Below, in pieces: positions 1 to 8,305 of a stretch of DNA of 20,000 bases. Origin of the DNA: an uncultured virus (IMG/VR IMGVR_UViG_3300033066_002331) (Duplodnaviria > Heunggongvirae > Uroviricota > Caudoviricetes). Position numbers and translations under genes: made by a program. Every line of letters begins with the position of its first letter. The first letter of the stretch is position 1. Location of the stretch: the IMG/VR virus record IMGVR_UViG_3300033066_002331; one strand, written 5' to 3'. The notes under the pieces are model-generated. The model was not told where the DNA came from. It did no database searches and was given only the letters and a program-made list of their open reading frames with translations.

Positions 1-473
1 AAAAGTGTTGGGTCAAGCAAGCTCTCTGGTTGAGCTTCTTCAAGATTCCATATAACAGTCTCTCTAGTTCCAGTTTTATAAAGTTCTATGTGAAGCATTG
101 TCATTGGAAGCCCCTTATCCTTTTTAAGGACAGTAACTACACGACCAAGTATTTTACCTGCCTTAATTTTTTCTCCTACCTTAAGAGAATCTAATGGCTT
201 AATTTCACCATATACAAATACCCCAGTTTTCCCCTCTACAAAAACAGCCTTTGTATTGTTCCACCAAGGACTTGGCGGAACTGCATTTTCTCCTGTAAAT
301 TCTTCAATTTTAACAACAACTCCATCTTCCATAGAAACGACAAGTTGGTCAGGGTCACAATAACAATCTACACCTGTATGAATATCATATTTTCGAACAG
401 CTGCAAACATACCTTGATGAGATGTGTATTTATATTCGCCCATAAGGGGCCATTTATATTGTATAGTATTCAT
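1..473 (-). CDS. M23-family peptidase-like protein (3' end runs off window)
   Basis: Not in ORF track. Manual translation from ATG 473: MNTIQYKWPL...RKYDIHTGVDCYC...EDGVVVKI...YGEI...LKVGEKIKAGKILGRV...MLHIELY...LLDPT. HxxxD motif is present; the usual HxH reads MLH. Confidence 0.75.
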   Translation of the reverse strand, partial: MNTIQYKWPLMGEYKYTSHQGMFAAVRKYDIHTGVDCYCDPDQLVVSMEDGVVVKIEEFTGENAVPPSPWWNNTKAVFVEGKTGVFVYGEIKPLDSLKVGEKIKAGKILGRVVTVLKKDKGLPMTMLHIELYKTGTRETVIWNLEEAQPESLLDPTL

Positions 474-474
474 A

Positions 475-624
475 TTATTCGAACCAGCTAACCATCCATA
501 ATAGAGGAAGCATGCCCCACATTACATCTGGTTGTTTTGTGAAATAAGAAGTTGCTCCAAGTGCTACAGTACCAAATACTATAGCAAAGGCCTTTGGCCA
601 TTGATTATTTTGATTCTGAGCCAT
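475..624 (-). CDS. small membrane protein (49 aa)
   Basis: Manual ORF MAQNQNNQWPKAFAIVFGTVALGATSYFTKQPDVMWGMLPLLWMVSWFE*; two hydrophobic stretches; fills the gap between 605..829 and the M23 gene. Confidence 0.6.
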   Translation of the reverse strand: MAQNQNNQWPKAFAIVFGTVALGATSYFTKQPDVMWGMLPLLWMVSWFE

Positions 625-829
625 TTTTATTAGGTTTTAAAAAAAGTTTTACAATCATAAATCCTAAAAATATAATTACAGCATATGAAAATAAAAAGAA
701 ATTTATTGCCGCAACTAATGCACATACCCACCAATGATTAACTGGTTCGCTTATTTTTAATCTCCAAAATAAACCTACGGTGATTGCCCATATAAGAGGA
801 ATCCAAAATGAAATTACTGATACTACCAT
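605..829 (-). CDS. small membrane protein
   Basis: 74 aa, 2-3 hydrophobic segments, basic C-terminus; tight operon packing. Confidence 0.6.
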   Translation of the reverse strand: MVVSVISFWIPLIWAITVGLFWRLKISEPVNHWWVCALVAAINFFLFSYAVIIFLGFMIVKLFLKPNKNGSESK

Positions 830-831
830 TT

Positions 832-1131
832 TTAATTGTTTTTAGTTATTGTTTTTTGTTTATAATTTATTGTAAAATTTGCATACCCTGAGGCATTTCT
901 ATTTTTATTAATATATAATATATGTTTATTATCTTTAATGCCTAGTAAGCGTTTAAAGAAACTCTTTACGGAGTTTATGAACTTTCTAAAACGACTTGGT
1001 TTATTAATTGAGAAAATCACATCACACATTTTTGCCTTACCCATAGATTCTTGAAATGTTTGTATGGATGTTTCATCTATATTGTTCATAATTTTTTGCT
1101 GTGTTGCTGTAAACTTTATTTCGTTATTCAT
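832..1131 (-). CDS. hypothetical protein resembling the C-terminal end of a DnaB/gp41-type helicase
   Basis: ESMGKAKMCDVIFSINK...LYINKNRN resembles the distal motifs of phage replicative helicases; no Walker A. Confidence 0.4.
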   Translation of the reverse strand: MNNEIKFTATQQKIMNNIDETSIQTFQESMGKAKMCDVIFSINKPSRFRKFINSVKSFFKRLLGIKDNKHILYINKNRNASGYANFTINYKQKTITKNN

Positions 1132-1450
1132 ATCCTAAATTATCATGTTCTTCCAATACTAATTCATCCAAAGATACAATAAATTTCATTAACATTTTCA
1201 TTTCTTCATTATAAGCCGCAGACCTAATATGTGTAAATGGATTTATTAAATCTTCTCCATAATCTGCTAGATGTTCATTCATAGCATCTTCTGTTAAAAA
1301 GCAATTAATAAATTTAATTGTTTCATCCTCCTGTTTATCATAAATACAATACAAAGGAAATGATGTACCTTTAATGTTCTGTGTTTTCATAAGCACAGCC
1401 ATTTTTGTTAAGTACTGGTATAATTCTTCAGATATCTCTATTGTCTTCAT
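1124..1450 (-). CDS. hypothetical protein
   Basis: 108-aa ORF overlapping both neighbours. Confidence 0.65.
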   Translation of the reverse strand: MKTIEISEELYQYLTKMAVLMKTQNIKGTSFPLYCIYDKQEDETIKFINCFLTEDAMNEHLADYGEDLINPFTHIRSAAYNEEMKMLMKFIVSLDELVLEEHDNLGYE

Positions 1451-1695
1451 GATTTTTTTCTTAGAAAAACCTCAAATTCATTAAATAAAAATTTTGAATC
1501 AGTCTCCTGGTCAAACATGTAACCTTCCTTTTCTTCTTTTAAAATTAAATCATGAGCTTCATCAATACAAATAGAACCTTCTTTTTTTATTAATTTTCTC
1601 AAATGATATTTTTGTCCAACAATTAAGTCAGAAACATTTTTAACTCTACTTAAAAATGGATATGTTTCTACTTTATTTCTTTTTCTATATGACAT
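1447..1695 (-). CDS. hypothetical protein
   Basis: 82-aa ORF with ATGA overlap to the next gene. Confidence 0.6.
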   Translation of the reverse strand: MSYRKRNKVETYPFLSRVKNVSDLIVGQKYHLRKLIKKEGSICIDEAHDLILKEEKEGYMFDQETDSKFLFNEFEVFLRKKS

Positions 1696-1697
1696 AA

Positions 1698-2879
1698 TTA
1701 TTTACCAGTTGGATTTGATTCATCGAATTCATTATTAATTACCCACAGAGATAATAAAACACTAATAATAAGAGTTAATATAAATGTTAAAACAATTTGC
1801 CACTCTTTCGGTTCTACAGTAAGGTAATCAAAATCTTTAAATTCTTTACGCTTAAATTTTTGTTCAATTTCTAAACTTAAAAAATCAGCAATACTAGATA
1901 AATTTAATTTACCCATTCTTTTAATATAATTTCTTGTTTCAATTTTAATATCTTGATTTTCAGTGAAAGAAAAAGGTTTACACCATTTAACATTCATTAA
2001 ATTATCAATACCAATACAAACAATAAATTCATTTTTATTGCCACCTTTCCAAAGACACTCTTGATAATAAGCAGCTTGTTCATCTAAATTTCTAAAAACT
2101 AGAACAAATAACTTTACTTGTTTTTTTGGACCAAGTTTAGCATTTATTATTTGAACTTTGTTTTCAGCAATTTTCTGTGTCGTATCTCCAAATCCAAGAA
2201 TTCCTTTTTGTTTATATCCTTCATAAATTTCAGGATATGAATAAAGTCTATATAATTTACTTTCTTCCTCTGTTACTTCTGGATAATTAAAAATATTATT
2301 TGAAGCCTGTACTCTATTTTCATAAGTATGCTTCGTTACATAGCATTCAATTTTATCATCTACTTTAGGGAAATAAGTTACATACCAATCTCCATCAATA
2401 GAGTGAAAATCTCTATGCTTATCTACAAAATTTTTATTACCCCACTTATTAACTAAACGTTGAAATTCTTGCTGAGAAACTCGTTCTGAATTATTAAATT
2501 CAGTAGCTATTTCCCAATACTCACTATGATAATCAACATCATATAAATGCTCATATCCATCATTAGAATGTCTATAACCACATTGATATTCCTTACCATC
2601 TTTATCTGTACAATATTGGGGGTGAGAACAAGGAATTTCATGTCTACACGAAACTTCTTCATCCCAAGGCTCAGAATATATAGCTTGAGTAATTTTTTCA
2701 CCCCAATACTCTGTATCTGTTGTCTGAGAAGTTTCAGACAAAATTTTCATTATTAAAATCAATAACGTTGGAACTGCAAATAGTATAATAAATTCCCACC
2801 AAATAGTTTTATGATTAAAGAAAATATATAATACAATTGCTGTTAATACAGGTATTAATAATGCGAACCAAATAATCAT
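1698..2879 (-). CDS. membrane protein (2 N-terminal TM, large soluble domain, C-terminal TM), partner of the LemA-like gene
   Basis: 393 aa; hydropathy pattern; directly downstream of the LemA-like ORF. Confidence 0.7.
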   Translation of the reverse strand: MIIWFALLIPVLTAIVLYIFFNHKTIWWEFIILFAVPTLLILIMKILSETSQTTDTEYWGEKITQAIYSEPWDEEVSCRHEIPCSHPQYCTDKDGKEYQCGYRHSNDGYEHLYDVDYHSEYWEIATEFNNSERVSQQEFQRLVNKWGNKNFVDKHRDFHSIDGDWYVTYFPKVDDKIECYVTKHTYENRVQASNNIFNYPEVTEEESKLYRLYSYPEIYEGYKQKGILGFGDTTQKIAENKVQIINAKLGPKKQVKLFVLVFRNLDEQAAYYQECLWKGGNKNEFIVCIGIDNLMNVKWCKPFSFTENQDIKIETRNYIKRMGKLNLSSIADFLSLEIEQKFKRKEFKDFDYLTVEPKEWQIVLTFILTLIISVLLSLWVINNEFDESNPTGK

Positions 2880-2897
2880 TATTTCTTATTTTAAATA

Positions 2898-2921
2898 AAA
2901 GAGCCTCAAATGAGACTCTTT
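2898..2921 (-). terminator. putative intrinsic terminator/hairpin after the LemA-like gene
   Basis: Minus strand AAAGAGTCTCA-TT-TGAGGCTCTTT followed by TATTT. Confidence 0.5.
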
Positions 2922-2935
2922 CTAATTATTAATTA

Positions 2936-3487
2936 TTATTTTTTAGGAAATAAATCTATATCGTTATCTTCTCCTGTACGATATACTTCTTTGGTTTTTG
3001 ATGAAGTAACATAAGTTACTTGTAAGTGTGGTCTTCCGCCTACGAACCAAGAAGATGGCATTGTTTCTAAAAGATTATTATGTTCTTGCACAATACTAAC
3101 CAATTTCTTTTGCTCAAGTTCAAAACCGTTACGTTTTGATTCAATTACATCTACTAGTTTATCATAAAGCTTAGTATCAAAATTAGGATTTGATTCTGTA
3201 ACCCATTTCATTAATAAATTTTCATCTTTATATCTACCTTCAATAAGAGGAATATAAATCTCTTTAAAAGACTCTTTATATTGTTCGCTAACTTGAGCAA
3301 CTTGTGCAATAGTTTTGAACATATTGTCAAAATTGTTTTTACACAATTGTTCTTGAGCACTTCCTTGATTTTTTAATCTAACTTCTGTATTGCTTGCAGA
3401 AGCATACATAAAGAAAATAATAACTGCTAAAAAAACTGCAGCAATTCCACCTATAATAAAGGGTTTTTTTGATTTTTGGTTTTCCAT
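2936..3487 (-). CDS. LemA-like protein
   Basis: N-terminal TM then a helical domain with NPNFD..LY..L...IE..R and HN.LL..MPSSWF, matching LemA-type C-terminal motifs. Confidence 0.6.
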   Translation of the reverse strand: MENQKSKKPFIIGGIAAVFLAVIIFFMYASASNTEVRLKNQGSAQEQLCKNNFDNMFKTIAQVAQVSEQYKESFKEIYIPLIEGRYKDENLLMKWVTESNPNFDTKLYDKLVDVIESKRNGFELEQKKLVSIVQEHNNLLETMPSSWFVGGRPHLQVTYVTSSKTKEVYRTGEDNDIDLFPKK

Positions 3488-3508
3488 GTTCTTTTTATTT
3501 TTATACTC

Positions 3509-3535
3509 TTATACGTTGTTTTTTAAAAAAGGTTT
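3509..3535 (-). promoter_or_regulatory. class A promoter motif AAACC-N15-CGTAT
   Basis: Minus strand AAACC(3535-3531)-15 nt-CGTATAA, upstream of the LemA-like gene; one of six copies. Confidence 0.7.
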
Positions 3536-3536
3536 A

Positions 3537-4046
3537 TCAAAGTAATAAAAAAAGTAAAAGAAGTCCACCAGCAGCAAAACCTAAGCGTAAAATATTTTCT
3601 GGATTTGAAAGCCATATCTTAACATGGTCATGTTCCTTAAGAAGTTCTATCAATTCTTTTTCCCACTCTTTTTTTTCAATCCATATACATTTAGTATTCG
3701 GTAAAAATTTTTCAATTAATTCTTTTTCTTGTATATCATCATCAATATGAATTATAGAATTAATTTTACCTAGAGTTTTATATTTCCATTCTCTATTTGT
3801 AAAAATAACCTTATCTTCTTCAATACCTAACTCTTTTGCAAGTTTAAGTACTTCAACATGTTCATTAGTAATACCTTGTCCTGAATACCCAGGCCCAAAT
3901 CTTCTAGTAACAAAATAAACTTCATAACCACGTCTTAAAAGACGCATTACCCAATCTCGTATTATTTTTTTTTGTACATTTAAACTACCATCAAAGTGGT
4001 CTCCTATACAGCCATCGTAATCAAACGTTATAATTGAACTTATCAT
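3537..4046 (-). CDS. HAD-superfamily phosphatase-like protein with C-terminal TM
   Basis: Motif I ITFDYDGCI, motif II FVTRR, motif IV HIDDD; hydrophobic C-terminal tail. Confidence 0.7.
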   Translation of the reverse strand: MISSIITFDYDGCIGDHFDGSLNVQKKIIRDWVMRLLRRGYEVYFVTRRFGPGYSGQGITNEHVEVLKLAKELGIEEDKVIFTNREWKYKTLGKINSIIHIDDDIQEKELIEKFLPNTKCIWIEKKEWEKELIELLKEHDHVKIWLSNPENILRLGFAAGGLLLLFLLL

Positions 4047-4725
4047 AAATTTTATATTTTCTATTTAACCTAATTTTATTTGTTGAATTTTCGTATAATA
4101 AATTTAAAATTTTTTTTGTATCTCCAAAATAATGGGTTCTACATACATTCATAGCTTCGCTTGTTATATATATTGGATGTTTAGATATTTTAAATTTTTC
4201 TTCTAAAAAAGTTTGCAAAGAAATAAGTATTTCTTTAGTTGCAGTAAAACTCATTCTTAAATTTTTATTTTCTATACTTAAACTACCATCACCATCAAAA
4301 AGACCTCTTAAAAAAGACAAATAAAACTTTTCTTTTATTTTAGGAAATTCACATATATAACTTTTTTTATTTGTTATTCCTAAATTTATTAGATAAGACG
4401 TAAATTCTTTAGAATTAATCTGAATCATATATCTTATGTATGTTTTTTTTGTTCTTTTATCAAATTGACTTATTTTTGTTATTGGATGACTTGACTTTAT
4501 TGATTTTTTAAATTTTACAATTAAATCTTTATCTTTAGATGATAAAGCTGTTTTATATCCGTCTTTTTGTATAGTACCATCTGATATTATAACTCCTAAC
4601 CAATATGCCTTATCATATGAATTAATATTTTTAAAATATTCTAAATCTATATTATGACATTTAATTTGATTTCGTTTAAATGATTTACTTGAATTTATAT
4701 TAATATTATTACGTTAGCACCAATA

Positions 4726-5202
4726 CTACGGAAGTGCTTTGATATTAATTATCATATCTTTATTTTTTACAGCAAAAACAAATTCACCGACATATCCAGC
4801 ATCCTCACCAAAAATAGCATCACAACTATTTAATTCTACCAAAAAATTATTTGCTATTTCTTCACCCAACGCTTGTTGAAATAGTTTTATTTCTTCATTA
4901 TAATTAGAAGTAATTGCCATATCTCCAATAATGAATAATCCTTGCTGTTTATTAAATCTGTTTCCGTTTTTACCTGTTTTTTCTGTGTAAATCTTATTCC
5001 ATCTATCTAATTTTAAAATATTATAATTAGAAGTATCTAATGTAATTTTATAGCAATTATCGCCAAAATGTTTAGCATAATCAAAATTAACCGCTAAGTA
5101 ATCAAAACCACTTTTATTTTTATCATAAGTTCCATCAACACACTTATAAACTGTTGTTTTGCCGAAGTTTTTTACTTTTTCTATCATTTCTCTTATTTCC
5201 AT
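4726..5202 (-). CDS. cassette cargo protein, possibly ADP-ribosyltransferase-like fold
   Basis: 158 aa. TVYKC...GFDYLAVNFDYAKHFGDNCYKITL loosely follows the ART-like pattern (G.Y.t....A..yG..vy.v.l). The ORF is solid; the function is tentative. Confidence 0.55.
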   Translation of the reverse strand: MEIREMIEKVKNFGKTTVYKCVDGTYDKNKSGFDYLAVNFDYAKHFGDNCYKITLDTSNYNILKLDRWNKIYTEKTGKNGNRFNKQQGLFIIGDMAITSNYNEEIKLFQQALGEEIANNFLVELNSCDAIFGEDAGYVGEFVFAVKNKDMIINIKALP

Positions 5203-5254
5203 ATCTATCTTTAGTTAAAAATAGTTCAAAATTAAAATTCATACAAAATAAACC

Positions 5255-5349
5255 GTACTGGTGCTAACAGCGTATATAAGAAATGGCACAGAAACATTCG
5301 TACTTAATTTAAACATTCTACAAGTGCCACTTCTCATATACGCAAAACG
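5255..5349 (+). repeat. attC-like imperfect inverted repeat
   Basis: Arms GCGTATATAAGAAATGGCAC (5270-5289) and GTGCCACTTCTCATATACGC (5324-5343), 18/20 complementary. GTACTGGTGCTAAC (5255-5268) pairs with GTTAGCACCAATAC (4713-4726) in the circular form. Confidence 0.8.
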
Positions 5350-5545
5350 AACTAATAATCTTCTAATTGTTAAAGGTGCTGATTTATTTTCTTTTGCAAT
5401 CTTATTAATAGATTTACCAGAAACATATTCTTGTATTATTTGTTTTTCATTTAAATCTTTCATACTTTTTTATTATAAATACAATAAAAAAAACAAAAGT
5501 TATTACTTTTAAATCAATTGTTATAACATTAAATGACATTATTTA

Positions 5546-5743
5546 TCATTTTAACATTCTTTGAGTTCCACAATTTTTACAAAAAGCGACTTTACTATTT
5601 TCATCTTCTTCTTTTTGTAAACCCATATTATCATTATAAAAGTTCCATACATGAGAAGTTAATTCACATTCATGTTTCTTTGCTTTAAATTGATTAGTAA
5701 ATTCTTTACCGTCATCCGTGATGTATGTTATAATTGTTTTCAT
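5546..5743 (-). CDS. hypothetical protein, possible Zn-binding
   Basis: YITDDGKEF...HE, C...H, CxxC; ATGA overlap with the upstream protease gene. Confidence 0.65.
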   Translation of the reverse strand: MKTIITYITDDGKEFTNQFKAKKHECELTSHVWNFYNDNMGLQKEEDENSKVAFCKNCGTQRMLK

Positions 5744-6321
5744 TTTGTTTTTTTTGTTGTTCTTTTTCTATTTAATAATTTTACATAAGTAAATGGAGGC
5801 CTTACACCCATAGAATGGGCCACAGTAGCATTTAAGGCTAATTCTACTCTTTTTAAAGGGTCTTTTTCTAATAACCCTGTTGTAACTATGATATTCATAG
5901 CACCTAATGCTATTAATTCTCCACAACCAAGAGCTGTATAACTTTCTTTAGCTTGACTTACTTGATAATCAGGAAGAATTGTAAATAAACATCCTTTATA
6001 TCCTACCATGAAACAACCACCATCATCAGTAGTCATCTCATTATAATCATTATCATCAAAACATTTTTTTACTGCATCAATAAATAATGTAGCCATAAAT
6101 TGATGGGTATCCATGCCTTTGGGATGAGCTGGAATTCTTAACTTATATTTTAAAAGCTGTCCCATTCTAAATGAGGTGGAAAATCCTATAATAAAGTCTC
6201 CTTTGGTAAAAACTTTTTCATCAGCTCTTATGTTATATGAAAGGTCATCAGAAGAAATAGCTGCACTATCTCCTCCAATATAAACTCCATCTTTATCTAT
6301 TAATCCTACGATACAGGTCAT
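5740..6321 (-). CDS. Ntn-hydrolase / HslV-proteasome-like threonine protease
   Basis: MTCIVGL...IGGDS, a conserved K (EKVF) and ALGCG...ALGAM give an N-terminal Thr nucleophile pattern. Confidence 0.8.
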   Translation of the reverse strand: MTCIVGLIDKDGVYIGGDSAAISSDDLSYNIRADEKVFTKGDFIIGFSTSFRMGQLLKYKLRIPAHPKGMDTHQFMATLFIDAVKKCFDDNDYNEMTTDDGGCFMVGYKGCLFTILPDYQVSQAKESYTALGCGELIALGAMNIIVTTGLLEKDPLKRVELALNATVAHSMGVRPPFTYVKLLNRKRTTKKTK

Positions 6322-6326
6322 AATTG

Positions 6327-6353
6327 AAACTTTTTCTTTGTATTAACGTATAA
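6327..6353 (+). promoter_or_regulatory. class A promoter motif
   Basis: AAACT-N15-CGTATAA upstream of the 6401 ORF. Confidence 0.65.
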
Positions 6354-6400
6354 TTGTTTAAATACATTACAAAAATATAAATTTTTTATCAATTCACAAA

Positions 6401-6826
6401 ATGAAATTAAAAAAAATTAAGGAAATATTAAATAATATATCTTTTGCTCCATCAAATTTAGATATGGGGTGGGAATGGGAAGCTAAAATTGTTGAAGACG
6501 GATGCATGATTCGTTGTTCATTTAAGAGACCTGATACAAATACAGGAAAAATGGGAACTGGTTTTGGCAGGTGGATGTTTGTAGAAGATGGTTATACTGA
6601 AAAAGGAATCATTATGACAGCATGGCTTTGTGCTGAACTAATTGTAAAACATGAATTAATGGAAGCCTTTTTTTATAGAAAAGCGAGAATTTTAGACCCT
6701 CATAAGAGTATGGAAGAACTAGCTTATCCATATGTTTTAGATTCTGGTAAAAAAGTAAATACTGATTACAGTGGCAACATTAAAGGAGCCAAAGTTTTTA
6801 AAAAAGCAGTTAAACTAAGTAAATAA
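6401..6826 (+). CDS. hypothetical phage protein
   Basis: 141 aa with GRW, HE..E.F and DPH motifs; first gene after a promoter motif. Confidence 0.7.
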   Translation: MKLKKIKEILNNISFAPSNLDMGWEWEAKIVEDGCMIRCSFKRPDTNTGKMGTGFGRWMFVEDGYTEKGIIMTAWLCAELIVKHELMEAFFYRKARILDPHKSMEELAYPYVLDSGKKVNTDYSGNIKGAKVFKKAVKLSK

Positions 6827-6831
6827 TTACT

Positions 6832-7146
6832 ATGAAAGATAATATCTCATATACTATTTTTTTATTCTTCCTATTACTTATTTATGCTGGAAGTGTGATA
6901 AATCAAAAAGAAACTAGAGAGCAATCTGTAAAGTCAACAAGAGAAGTTCCTGTTTCACAAGAAAATTCTGAAGATACATATTACCATGATTTAGTTTATA
7001 AAGAAGAAGTCCCTTTAACTCAAAATGAAACTCCTGAGTTAGCAAAATATAGAGAAGATTTAGTGCAATGGTATGAATGGAATAATGAATGTATGGGTAT
7101 GGACCCTAATTCAAAGCCTAAAGACCCACGTTTAAAGCATAAGTAA
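6832..7146 (+). CDS. membrane-anchored hypothetical protein
   Basis: N-terminal hydrophobic segment, acidic remainder. Confidence 0.6.
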   Translation: MKDNISYTIFLFFLLLIYAGSVINQKETREQSVKSTREVPVSQENSEDTYYHDLVYKEEVPLTQNETPELAKYREDLVQWYEWNNECMGMDPNSKPKDPRLKHK

Positions 7147-7148
7147 TC

Positions 7149-7445
7149 ATGGCATCACAAGAAGTTCTAAATAAAGCTATTGCTTCCTTAAAAAAACATC
7201 TTAAAAGTTTATCAAAAGAAGAACTTGATGAATTAAAAGAACGTTTCCGAGATAAAACTCCTAAAGGTTGGATTAGCATTGAGGAACATCTGCCAAAAAT
7301 GTTAGCTAAAGATATAATGCAAGGATTTTCTATTTTTAAAGTTAAAGATAAAGATGGAAATGAATTTGATTCTGGTGTTTCAGACCATAACATTTGGTAT
7401 TATGAAGCAAAAGAGGCTGGAATAACTCATTGGTTAAATAAATAA
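7149..7445 (+). CDS. hypothetical protein (DUF551-like)
   Basis: WISIEEHLP ... ITHW motif pair typical of DUF551-type phage proteins. Confidence 0.6.
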   Translation: MASQEVLNKAIASLKKHLKSLSKEELDELKERFRDKTPKGWISIEEHLPKMLAKDIMQGFSIFKVKDKDGNEFDSGVSDHNIWYYEAKEAGITHWLNK

Positions 7446-7452
7446 TTTTTTG

Positions 7453-7479
7453 AAACCTTTTTTTTAAAGTAACGTATAA
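7453..7479 (+). promoter_or_regulatory. class A promoter motif
   Basis: AAACC-N15-CGTATAA upstream of the 7492 ORF. Confidence 0.7.
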
Positions 7480-7491
7480 TAAACGAATAAA

Positions 7492-7686
7492 ATGAAAAAT
7501 AAACAAGAAGAAAGCAATACTCCTGCCAAACAAAATTCTGACATAAAAAATAGAATGGCAGTTCAAAAGTTACTTGAAAAAAATATGAGACAAGCTACAG
7601 GCATGTTTCATTCGAAAGAACTTAATGAAAGATGTTTTGTAAATGATTTATTTAAAAACTTTAATTTAACACCAAAATCAGAATGA
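7492..7686 (+). CDS. hypothetical protein
   Basis: 64 aa, follows a promoter motif, ATGA overlap with the next gene. Confidence 0.55.
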   Translation: MKNKQEESNTPAKQNSDIKNRMAVQKLLEKNMRQATGMFHSKELNERCFVNDLFKNFNLTPKSE

Positions 7687-7982
7687 GAGAAAAGTTACAA
7701 GAACAAGCAAACATGATTTTAGAAGATTGTGATTTTCAAAAAATTCACTCTATCATGCAACATCTTAATGTACAGTGGCAAATTGATGGAGTTATGAAAA
7801 CTCCCACAATTCAAGATTTAAGAATGACTGCTTCACATTTATTAAATAAAGCTGTTGAATCTATAACAGAAGATGATATTTTCTGCTATAATGGATTACA
7901 AGTAGATAAAATAAAAAATATCCTTGAATTAAGATACGTACCTGTATCTTGTAGTCCTTTTTTATCACTTTTAAATACTTAA
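7683..7982 (+). CDS. hypothetical protein
   Basis: 99 aa in a tight operon. Confidence 0.65.
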   Translation: MREKLQEQANMILEDCDFQKIHSIMQHLNVQWQIDGVMKTPTIQDLRMTASHLLNKAVESITEDDIFCYNGLQVDKIKNILELRYVPVSCSPFLSLLNT

Positions 7983-7984
7983 TT

Positions 7985-8305
7985 ATGAATTGGGCAGAAC
8001 AAAAAAATACTGAGATTGATAAGTTATTCAATTGTATAAAACAGAAACTATCAATTTCTTTAGAAGATTTAAAATCTAAATCAAGAAAAGAAGAATTCGT
8101 ATTAGGCCGAAAACTATTTATGAATATTTTATATGACTTTTTCATATCTAAAGAAAAAGTTAAACAAAAAGATGTAGCTGCTATTGTAAATAGAGATAGA
8201 GTTTCTTTTATTCACAATAGAAAACAACATCTTAATCATCTTAAGAGTGATAAAAAATACAAAGAGTTATTTGAAGAAGTGAAAAAAAACTTTGAAGCAA
8301 AGTAA
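7985..8305 (+). CDS. stand-alone DnaA C-terminal (domain IV) HTH-like protein
   Basis: ISLEDLKSKSRKEEFVLGRKLFMNIL...KDVAAIVNRDRVSFIH parallels DnaA domain IV (S..R...iv..R...myl...ig..f.RDHsTV.H). Confidence 0.7.
   Translation: MNWAEQKNTEIDKLFNCIKQKLSISLEDLKSKSRKEEFVLGRKLFMNILYDFFISKEKVKQKDVAAIVNRDRVSFIHNRKQHLNHLKSDKKYKELFEEVKKNFEAK

Larger units (their letters stand above)
4714..5349 (+). mobile_element. attC-like hairpin gene cassette (636 bp) carrying one gene
   Basis: Left junction ACG|TTAGCACCAATAC; right end GTACTGGTGCTAAC-A-20-bp arm...arm-AAAACG|; ACG present at both junctions; precise removal restores the host ORF. Confidence 0.8.
4021..5463 (-). pseudogene. double-motif LAGLIDADG homing endonuclease with N-terminal HTH, interrupted by a 636-bp cassette
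   Basis: 5463..5350 encodes MKDLNEKQIIQEYVSGKSINKIAKENKSAPLTIRRLLV. 4713..4021 is open in one frame: RNNIN...KAYWLGVIISDG...FLRGLFDGDG...RLNRKY. Removing 4714-5349 gives a continuous 268-aa ORF. Confidence 0.85.

Noticed and set aside
4021..4428. 135-aa ORF as a complete single-motif LAGLIDADG
   Set aside because: The frame is open to 4713 and contains the first LAGLIDADG motif; it is the distal part of an interrupted gene.
5239..5463. 74-aa ORF as an independent gene
   Set aside because: Chimera of the LAGLIDADG N-terminus (38-39 codons) and read-through into the cassette hairpin.
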